Positions 1 to 10,236 of a stretch of 64,000 bases of DNA are shown in pieces. The stretch's first letter is position 1. Each line of letters opens with the position of its first letter. The stretch lies in assembly GCA_012295275.1 (NCBI GenBank), contig CM022667.1:15438001-15502000 (forward strand). The letters run 5' to 3'. The stretch is from Chrysomallon squamiferum. Its lineage: Eukaryota > Animalia > Mollusca. Under the pieces are notes generated by a model. The model saw only the letters and a program-made list of their open reading frames with translations, did not search any database and had not been told where the DNA came from. The position numbers and the translations under genes were made by a program.

Positions 1-11
1 CCACGTCATTA

Positions 12-124
<113 letters not shown>

Positions 125-175
125 CACATATTTCTGAAAGATTCTTTAATTTCGCAGTTTTCTATATTATTTTAG

Positions 176-366
176 AATCGATGTAAGAACAAAGGTTTTC
201 CAGATGAAAATGGCTACTGTGTCTGTACTGAAGGTTACGGAGGTCCATTGTGTCAAAATGTCGTATCAGGTAAGCAATATTCAAATGTAATATATATTCA
301 TTCATTCAATCATTCAATATTCAATAACTCATTAAATAATTAATTAATCAATTAATTAATTAATTA

Positions 367-432
<66 letters not shown>

Positions 433-1940
433 GTGATAGGTACTGACTGAAAGGATTATGCAGTGAGACCTTTATAAAACCTTAGTCATATAATCTAATT
501 GATTGTGTTTGTTTGTTGATTGTTTCAGATTCGTGTTACAGCCAGTGGAGGATGGTGTACGATACTGAAACGTCTGAATCGCTGAATACTTTTGTATCTG
601 CTATAAAGAAAACATGTATAGTTAATGTCAAGGGTTTTACCGATGGTAAACACATCTACTCGGTTGATAGATACTCGGTTTACGATAACACGATACCGTG
701 GACTCAGTCGCTTTACCATCTCAGTAAATCTTCATGGAAAACCTTTGACAATGTCCCCAAAAGAATTTTTCAAATAATCAACGAAGGTAAATACCACACA
801 GCTTTATCTGTCGACATTAGTGGACCCGAATTAAATACTACCATGGAAGAAGTGAAAGCCAAATGGTACATCAAAGATTACTCAAAGGGGTCACCTTCAT
901 TAACCAGTAGTTCGTCTGGGAGAGTTGTTTCTGGTAATTTGAACTCTTTTCTGTCAAAGCTTTCAGAAGGCTCGGATGTGACGTCAACAATATTTTTGTT
1001 GTTTGACCAAGAAAAGGAAGAGATAGTGATCGACATGTTGTCGTCCGTGGGACAGGGTTTTTCCAGCGGATTCAACTCATTTACATCACCTCTTTATTGG
1101 TACCTGACTAGAAAAATGAAATCGGGACCAAGAAACATTTTTAGATGGAACGTTGTCGAAGGGTCGTTGTTGGTAAACCTTTCATCATCTTCGGGATTTT
1201 ATTGGTGCACTGATGATTGCTGGATTAAAATATTCAAAGTAGATCAATATGATAGCAGTCTCCACGGTTCTGTGGATAACTTAGCTAGAGCGTTACTTAG
1301 TGGTCATCGACTCAGAATAGTTGTAGCAGGTCTGTCTTTAACTATGAATGCTGTGTATATACATGGACATAATATCACTGCTTGTTTAGAAGATATCATG
1401 GAGCCCATCGCAGTAAATACTTCGTATTTATCTGGAACAGCGCAAATGAAAATATTTTCTCACAGTCGCATATTGACACGACGATACACTTTTGAAACTG
1501 GAACTGTAATAGAAGACGTGGAAGAGGAACAACAAATAGACTGGTTTGTGGACACACGTGAATGGATCAAAGTTTTGTGTGTAAAATATGGTGGAGAGAT
1601 ACAGAGTGGATCAGTCACAAATCTGAGAGAGATGGTTCTGAAAGGTGCTTCTGTCCGTGTTGTTGTTGAGTATCCTAACGGAGAGTTTGAAATTGTCGAC
1701 GTTGATCATCTGGATGTGTCTAACAACGTCCACATAGCTGCTGAATTGATTTACCATGTCAACACTCAGTTCAATGAAAATTATGGCAGATCTTTTGTAA
1801 ATGAAACATCTTACCAGCTGTGGTCTGGAATCATAACAACAGAAGGTGACTATCAAAAGTTTTATTACACGTACAAGAAAAGTGGAGGGAAACATGAAGA
1901 CGTGGTTCACAGCAGTTGCACCTGGTTCATTCAGGAGTAA
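176..1940 (+). CDS. Family A copy 1 (5'-partial; exon 1 lies upstream of the window): EGF-like exon 176-269 plus a large exon 529-1940 encoding four ~115-aa Trp-bounded repeats; uncharacterised secreted protein
   Basis: tttag|AAT CGA TGT at 176 gives NRCKNKGFPDENGYCVCTEGYGGPLCQNVVS, ending G|gtaagc at 269 (phase 1). This joins tttcag|AT TCG TGT at 529 (D-S-C-Y-S-Q-W), open to TAA at 1940. The same exon sizes and phases recur in copy 3. Confidence 0.88.
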
Positions 1941-2589
1941 TATAAATTAGAATGAATGGTTTTATTTAAAGAATTTTTCTCTATGATTTTTTCTCTATAC
2001 TCATGTTCCTGTAAACTATCCTAGAACAAAATGTTATCTTCAAGCAAATGTAAGTTGTTAGTTTATTGGTATCGCACATATGTACTTACGTACGAAGACA
2101 AAAAGCAAATTTGTAGCGTTTGTCCGAAAACTGGCACTACACTAATCCTGCTTTATTTTTATGTATGTATATATATGTATGTGTCTCTGTGTATGAGTGT
2201 GTGTGTTTGTTTCTGTGTGTGTGTGTGTATGTGTGTGTGTACACATGTATAGTTTTGTGTGTGTGTATTAGAGTTTATATGTAATACATATCCAGAGAAG
2301 GGATACTGAGACATATCGGTGTGACAGTGTTTATATTTCTTTATATATCCAGAGAAGGGATAATAATAAAAAATTAGAATGAAACGAAATTATTTTTTAA
2401 ACTATTTTTGGTATATTTAGCTGTTATTATACATCGAAATGCTCATGTTTATAAACTATCCTAGAACAAAATTATTATTATTAGGCATTTATTTGTTATT
2501 ATTCATCTATCGCAGTGATAACATTTTATTTAAATTAACTGTAAAAAGTTTCATTTGTTTTGTCCAACCAGAAAACTTAGACACAATCC

Positions 2590-2684
<95 letters not shown>

Positions 2685-2881
2685 AACAGTTATTAGGAAT
2701 AACATAAAAAGACGTAAGTTAAGAATAAATAACATTTTATTTTCAAGAAATAAAAAGTTTCGAAAAGAAGATTTTTTTTTTCGATTTGTATCATTATTAC
2801 ACAATTGTTTTCCTTTTGATGTGATCTTTATTCTGTATTTCCTTATTTAAAGTAGATGATGCAGTATCAGTTGTTTCAACA

Positions 2882-2913
<32 letters not shown>

Positions 2914-3234
2914 AAGAATAATTATCGAAATAAATAAAAAAAAGAAAATAATGAATAAACAAATAATATTTTGATAAAACACAGTTTATTGTCTCTCACG
3001 TGAAAACGCACTATAATTATGATTACCATCGTCGGAGTTAACAATTCATAATACAGTAGCACAACAACTGTCTTATAATTTTACTAGAACGAAACCATTA
3101 CAAGCGTTCCAGAATAACTAATTAAGAGGTAAACTATTATTATTTCATTTTAAGTAGTTATACCTTCACATCACCTGTCTTTAACATTCTGACACACGAA
3201 AGCGATAATTAATGATAACAGTGAGAAAATATAC

Positions 3235-4732
3235 CTTTGCTTAATTCTGCTTCTGTTTCTGTCTCTTTCTTTTGTTCCTCGTCAAGTTCAGTGTTCAATT
3301 CATTTTCCGCTTTTTTCTCTTCGCTGGATTCTTGTTTATCTTCAGCAGCCAGTTCAGACTCCATATCTTTCTCTTCCTTCTCTTCTTTCTTAGATTCCTT
3401 TTCCAACTCCTTCGTTATCTCATCTTCAGCCTTTTTCTCTTCCTCTGCCATTTTCTCTTTGATTTCTTTTTCCATTTTGTCGATGACGTCAGCGGCTTTG
3501 TTCAAAGCTTCAGCTTCGTCAGTTTGTTTGTCTTGAGGAGGAGGTCTGCGACATCTGACACATCTCCCATACTAGATTGTCCTGACACATCACCCTAATC
3601 CCATACTAGATTGTCCATCACCTCCTCCTAATCCCATACTAGATTGTCCATCACCTCCTCCTAATCCCATACCTGATAGTCCAGTCCATCCTAATCCCAT
3701 ACCTGAAATCCCATACCTGATAGTCCATCCCCTCCTCCTAATCCCATACCTGATAGTCCATCCCTCCCCAATCCCAGTCCCATACCTGATAGTCCACCAC
3801 TTCCTCCTCCTCCTAATCCCATACCTGTAGTCCATCACCACCTCCTAATCCCCATACCTGATAGTCCATCACCTCCTCCCAATCCCATACCTGAAGTCCA
3901 TCACCTCCTCCTAATCCCAGTCCCATACCTGATAGTCCATCACCTCCTCCTAATCCCAATCCCATACCAAGTTCATCACCTCCTCCTAATCCCAAACCAG
4001 ATAGTCCATCACCTCCTCCCAAGTCCCATACCTCCCAATCCCAAGCCCAATCCCATGAATAGTTCATCACCTCCTCCTAGTCCCAATCCCATACCAGAGA
4101 GTCCATCATCTCCCAGTCCAATAGAAGCATCTTCCAGATCTTTGTCACTAGTCAGTAGGGCTAGGAGATCACCAATTTGGTCCGAGTCTATGCTCTTTTT
4201 ACCATCTAAACGGAGAGAGAGAGAAAGAAAACATATAATCAAACAAAGTTAAAAAATAAAGATTTATTCAAATATGAAGTCAACATAAAAAGTCTGGATT
4301 AGGCAATATTCGGACATAGCATTAACCGTTTAAGTATTGTTAAATTTTTTCATTATTATACCGATCAGAAGAATTAGTAAAAGAAAAAATATATACAGAC
4401 GACTGATAACTGCAGTAGAAATTTATTCATGTTATAAAATGCATTGAAAATACTAATGTACAGTTCGTTTAACGAGCGTTGTTTGGAAAAGCACTCTATT
4501 TTAGAAATAGTGTTTATTTCTAGGTTATAGATTGTATTTTATGGGATAAAAATGTTTGAATTTGATTAGGAAAATAACTGACATTATAATTCTTTCTAAC
4601 AGGCAATTAGCATATTTTCCATGCTTCCTGAAAGTATGTCTCTATGAAATACTTACCATCACTCTCAATAGTGATTCTGTAACTTAGAGTTGTCGCAACC
4701 AGAACACTCAAAATTAGGATAAAAGAATTCAT
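3235..4732 (-). pseudogene. Family G copy 1 (Gly/Met-rich secreted protein): exon 4732-4657 and exon 4205-3235; frameshifted in the repeat tract
   Basis: Signal exon MNSFILILSVLVATTLSYRITIESD with ag|ATG and G|gtaagt. Exon 3 starts GKKSIDSDQIGDLLALL, but the repeats hop between frames (ORFs 4009-4242, 3813-4070, 3590-3841, 3209-3505). The last-exon acceptor AG seen in copy 2 is absent near 2880. Could be assembly error rather than a true pseudogene. Confidence 0.75.
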
Positions 4733-4736
4733 CTGA

Positions 4737-4789
<53 letters not shown>

Positions 4790-4906
4790 CAACAACAAGA
4801 ACAACAATAATGATAATAAATATAATAATAGAAGATGTAGTTGCAATAGAGGTTGTCGTAGTAGTAGTATTAGAGGTAGCATTAATAATAATAATAATAA
4901 TAATAA

Positions 4907-4939
<33 letters not shown>

Positions 4940-5268
4940 CAGTAGTAGTAATCGTAGTGGTTGTGGTAGTAGCAGTAGTTATGGTATTAGTAGTACTAGT
5001 AATCTGTATCTTTACAATCATTTAAAAATAGTTATATTTAAAGCATCATCAACAATAACGATAATAAATACTATAACTATAGAAACAATAAAATTCATTA
5101 TACTTAGAACTGCTACCATTATTTTATCTAAATGTGCTAAATATTTCATATTGTCTTTCCAAGAAAATGTTTTAGACATTTTGTACATTACCTACTATTA
5201 CTGAAAGCCTATACGTCAATTCATTTTTACTAAATAAAATATATTGAAACATTTAGAACGTTACTCAC

Positions 5269-5367
5269 CTTATCTGGTCAAAGCTGTAAAAAAGGTTTGA
5301 TACATTTTGGCTGTCTATCGCGATCTTATATACTTTAAAACCAGATGTGACCAACGTTCAGACGTCA
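5269..5367 (-). promoter_or_regulatory. G copy 1 promoter: CRE-like TGACGTCT (5367-5360), TATATAA (5332-5326) and a short non-coding exon ending at donor AG|gtgagt (5269)
   Basis: Motifs read directly, with near-identical spacing in all four G copies. The coding exon begins with ag|ATG, so an upstream non-coding exon is required. Confidence 0.7.
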
Positions 5368-5848
5368 TCATTTAATTACCAACTTCTGTCGTACTTATTA
5401 TAATGACAATGACCACACAATACAAACATCTTTTACATACATCATTAGGTATATGTAGATTATAATTAAATTACAATGACTAAGTAATGGCGAAACACCT
5501 CTGTCTTTTGTTAATAAACGTAACAAAGATGCACATGGTTGAATATCTTGTTATCTCTGTTGGTATCATGTTTTGTTGTGTCATCTGATTAACTGAGTGA
5601 TCTTTGTTAACAGAAGAACTGAAATGGTAATTGACTGTGACCACACGTGTTTCATTTTTCTTGTCAAATTGTGTTGGATTTTAAAAATGTATAGATATTT
5701 CTTTAATTTGTGCTGATTGTACCATAGACTGTTGCCATTGGTTATGCTGTTATTGTAATGAATATCAAAAAATAAATGTTACTTGTTGTTTGTTGTGATG
5801 TAATGTTGATGTGTATTGTTATGAAGACCTCGTAAAAGAAGACGACGA

Positions 5849-5912
<64 letters not shown>

Positions 5913-5995
5913 GCTGCTACTACTACTATTACTACTACTACTACTGCTTGTACTACCACTATTACTACTACTACTGCTGCTTGTACTACTACTAT

Positions 5996-6036
<41 letters not shown>

Positions 6037-6070
6037 TTACTACTACTACTGCTGCTTGTACTACCACTAT

Positions 6071-6102
<32 letters not shown>

Positions 6103-6148
6103 TTACTACTACTACTGCTGCTTGTACTACCACTATTACCACTACTAC

Positions 6149-6292
6149 ATGTGGCTGTTAGTAAGTATAACTGGTCCAGAGATAGCTAGTGACCAGGAAG
6201 AAATCAAACCCCAGTGGTTTAAAAAAGATTTCTCCAGCGGGATACCCTCATTAGAAAACGACAAAACTGGAAACTGTGTTTCAGGCAGTTTG
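6149..6292 (+). pseudogene. Isolated fragment of a family A large exon (repeat 1/2 junction)
   Basis: WLLVSITGPEIASDQEEIKPQWFKKDFSSGIPSLENDKTGNCVSG aligns with copy 3 MAVDIAGPKIWTNKSEIKAKWYVKDFSNGTPKLKNDKDGNVISG. It is preceded by a (CTA)n tract and has no flanking coding context. Confidence 0.75.
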
Positions 6293-7861
6293 TTCATTTT
6301 TCAAGACTGACAAATGTCTCCACAGCCAATGTTTAAGCAACTTCGAAGACTGTTCGCATCTAGAAAATATAACAGTCCCGTTGCTTTCTGTTCTTCATTA
6401 ACTACGTAGAAGTAATTAATATTTTTCAGTGGTCATAATCTAGTTCTACCATTATTATTGTTGTTGTTGTTACTATTATTATTATTATTATTATTACTTT
6501 TGTTATTGTAAGTATAATTGTTATCATTATTATTAATATTATTGTTGTAGTATTTGCTTCTTTATTATTATAATCATAATCATTATTATTACAATTACTG
6601 CAACGACTACTAAATTAATAATTATTATCATTGTTGTTGTTGTTGTTATACACTTATATATTAATTCTTATATATCTTAATTTATTTCTATATTTATTAC
6701 ATAAATAAGGAGAGAAATCTACTGATTGCTCAACAACAACTAAAAGATATTCATAAAATAAATAAATAAATAAAAATATTTAACAAAATAAACACACACT
6801 TTGCAAAACATTATTCAATAACACTTTAGTATCAAACGATAGAGAATGAATTACAATTTGTTACAGTTTTACGTTCTTCTCATTCAAACTGTACTTCGAC
6901 AAGGAATTTTGTTTTGCTCTTTATCTGAAGATTTTGCCTATTGTTTTCTTTATGATATCTGAATTGTGTAAACTGTTTGAACTGCTGCTGTTTTTGCACA
7001 GTGGTGTGATATAGACAGGGTCATTTCTTCCATTATTAAGTATTTAGTAAGAAAAGGTTCAACAAGCTTTTGTTTTGTTATTTTCGCCTGAGTTCAAATA
7101 AGTACTATTCTTTTAAAAACAAAACGATGCAGGATATCAATAAATAATGAGCGAAGTCTGTTTTATTCAGGGATGCGTATCGCTTTGAAGACTTTGTTGT
7201 TTGGTACATAAACATGTTCAGTAAAATTTAGGTTAAAAATAATTATGACAACAACAACATAAAAAGGATTTAAAATTAAATTTCTTTTTCTTTTTTTCGT
7301 TCTCTTTTTTCTTTTGGAAGAGCATTTTTACAACAAGTTTGTCTTGGTAAAATACATTTTTATAACTTTTTTTATATCTCTCAATAACACAGTTTAATGT
7401 AAATGAGGATTAACGATATTCAGTAAAAAAAAACTAAATCAAAGAAAATCAAAACTAACATTTTAAGGTTTGCAATGAATTTTCACTTACATATAAAATG
7501 TATTCATATCTGCAGCAAGTTTAGACTTTATTGTAGCATCTAGACAATAATTTAATATTTCGTCATTTGATTTACCTGTAATGGTTTAATAAAAAAAAAA
7601 AAAAAAAAAAAAACAACAATAAATAGAGACAAATTCATCTACTTTATTGCTTTGACTTTTTATTACCCATTAAACTATCACCATCGTTTGTCTCGAGACA
7701 GCCTGTCTAGTGATCGGAAGATATTTAGCTGATGACTACAATTCTATGACCACATTTTGAAGTAACTACACGCTGTTATTCTAAATGAAATTGTATTTTC
7801 TAACAGGTGAAAACAACAGAAAGATCTGAAACATATTTACTGAGATACATACTCAGTGACG

Positions 7862-8080
7862 ATGATAACGTTGTTAACATTAGCGGTGTCTTTCAAGTTT
7901 GTTTGTTCACAGCATTACTGCATTGGTATTGAAATGAACAAAGAAATGATAACAAATGAAAACCTTGGTCTAAAATTAATCAAAATCTATAACATTGCAA
8001 CTGAGGGAAAATATCAAATGAAAACCTTGGTCTAAAATTAATCAAAATCTACAACATTGCAACTGAGGGAAAATATCAAA
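7862..8080 (+). pseudogene. Truncated family A exon 1 (signal peptide + start of the PAN-like domain), with an internal ~62-bp tandem duplication
   Basis: MITLLTLAVSFKFVCSQHYCIGIEMNKEMITNENLGLKLIKIYNIATEGKYQ aligns to copy 3 ...AQTSCGRVELKKEILTQEEFSRILRNVFNSSIKSKMQ. Homology stops at KYQ, where the Tc1 relic begins. Confidence 0.7.
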
Positions 8081-8660
8081 CTTTTGATGCACGATTACTG
8101 TGATAATATCCCACCAATTAAAGAAGGCATAAATGATAATGAATGTGTCGAACGTTATAACATTAGGAGGTATGCCCTCAACTGGCATAGATCCAGCCTT
8201 GACATTGGTGTCTCATGGAATGAATGGTCCTGTTTGTGTGGGAATGTTACAACTGTTCAGTGACAATGAGTCACCCGTGTGGACGTGTCTTTCTAGCTTA
8301 TCCATCAGCTGCTCTATGGGATTCAGCTCTGGAGACACTGCTGGCAGGGCATCACCTCTCGATGACGTAGAGTCGGAAAATCAGCACACGATCTGGAAAC
8401 ATGCACTCAAGCGTTGCCTTCTTTGAAAATCAGGTGATGTGCCGAGCCGAATTAAAACTGGTGCGAGTATTTCGTCTGCAATAGACTTTGAAACGCCCGT
8501 TAGCAGTTCGCCAGTTAAATCTATATTCATGAATAAGGAGGACAGTTCTCTGCTAATTCTTTGTCTAATGAATACGTCGTCCTGTTCCCTCTGTTACAAA
8601 ACCTCGTGTAGTATTTGTGACGAATATAATCTCATTCTTGTTTTAGCATAAACCCGGATA
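8081..8660 (-). mobile_element. Degenerate Tc1-family (Tc1/mariner, DDE) transposase relic, internally deleted
   Basis: The reverse strand carries Tc1 motifs in broken frames, best read in the 19970-20540 copy: xRTVLLTHESRFN (cf. W..VLFSDESRF), FKEGNARVHVSRAC (cf. FQQDNARPH), PAVSPDLNPIEQLMDKLGRRV (cf. WPAxSPDLNPIEHLW), TIHSMRHQC...GHT. No TIRs identified. Confidence 0.85.
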
Positions 8661-8756
8661 TCTATGAAACTTTGTTTCAGTAGATACATTTCTGTTTTGT
8701 ATATTAACTGTAGATAATTTTATAGATATTATTTTAATAAGTCTTATACTAGAAAA

Positions 8757-9584
8757 ATGAATACTGCATCGACCAAAATTTTTAGATGGAACGCCATTGA
8801 AGGTTCATTTATATCAGAACTTTCAAAAACCTCGGGTTTTTATTGGTGCACTGATGGCTGCTGGATTAAAATATTCACAGTAGATCAATATGGTAGCAGT
8901 CTCCACGGTTCTGTATATAACTTAGCTAGAGCGTTACTTAGTGGTCATCGACTCAGAATAGTTGTAGCAGGTTTGTCTTTAACTATGAATGCTGTGTATA
9001 TACATGGACATAATATCACTGCTTGTTTAGAAGACATCATGGAGCCCATCGCAGTAAATACTTCGTATTTATCTGGAACAGCGCAAATGAAAATGATATT
9101 TTCTCACAATCGCATATTGACACGACGATACACTTTTGAAACTGGAACTGTAATAGAAGACGTGGAAGAAGAACAACAAATAGACTGGTTTGTGGACACA
9201 CGCGAATGGATCAAAGTTTTGTGTGTAAAATATGGTGGAGAGATACAGAGTGGATCAGTCACAAATCTGAGAGAGATGGTCCTGAAAGGTGATTCCGTCC
9301 GTGTTGTTGTCGAGTATCCTAACGGAGAGTTTGAAGTTGTCGACGTCGATCATCTGGATGTGTCTAACAACGTTCAGATAGCTGCCGAATTGATTTTCCA
9401 TGTCAACACTCAGTTTGATGAAAACTACGGCAGATCTTTTGTAAATGAAACATCTTACCAGCTGTGGTCTGGAATCATAACAACAGAAGGTGACTTTCGA
9501 AAGTTTTATTACACGTACAAGAAAAGTGGAGGCAAACATGATCATGTGAATCACAGCAGTTGCACCTGGTTCATTCAGGAGTAA
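8757..9584 (+). pseudogene. Family A copy 2, 5'-truncated (end of repeat 2 plus repeats 3-4; reading frame still open, 275 aa)
   Basis: Near-identical to copy 1 from SGFYWCTD to CTWFIQE*. Homology ends abruptly at ~8748, about 90 bp from the Tc1 relic. No signal, EGF, repeat 1 or most of repeat 2. Confidence 0.75.
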
Positions 9585-9980
9585 TATAAATTAGAAGGAA
9601 TATAACTTGGTTTCAGTTAGAGATGTTTTTTTTCTCTATAGCTATTATGCGTAAACTGTGCTAGAACAAAATGCTGTGATCTAGTAAGTGTTTAGTTGTT
9701 AGTTTATTTGTATCACACATAGGGACTTACGTACGAAGACGACAGAAGGCAGGTTTGTCCGAAGACTCGCACTACAAAAATCGTTCTTTACTTTTACGAA
9801 TATATGTGTCCGTGTGCGTGTGCATGCGTGTGTGTGTGTATAATTATGTATGTAAATGTGTGTGTGTATGTGTGTATGTGTGTGTTTGTGTGTGTGTGTA
9901 TGTGCGTGTATGTGTGTGTTTGTGTGTGTGTATGCGTGTTAGTGTTTATATTATATATATCCAGATAAGGCATGCAGAGA

Positions 9981-10062
<82 letters not shown>

Positions 10063-10236
10063 AAACAAACAATAACAACAATATTAACAGTTATATAAGA
10101 GAGACGTAAGCTAAGAATAAATACATTTTATTTTCAATAAACAGAAAGTTTACAAAAGATTTCATTTTCTTGCTCGATTTGTATCATTATTACAAGTTGT
10201 TTCTTTTGATGTGATCTTTATCCTGTATTTCCTTAT

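Noticed and set aside
5811-6161. Poly-Thr mucin-like / poly-Tyr / poly-Val ORFs
   Set aside because: Translations of a (CTA)n microsatellite whose length differs freely between the duplicated units.
8133-8426. 97-aa ORF conserved in four copies (MIMNVSNVITLG...), looking like a novel small gene family
   Set aside because: It is the reverse strand of a Tc1 transposase relic, and conservation reflects recent segmental duplication.
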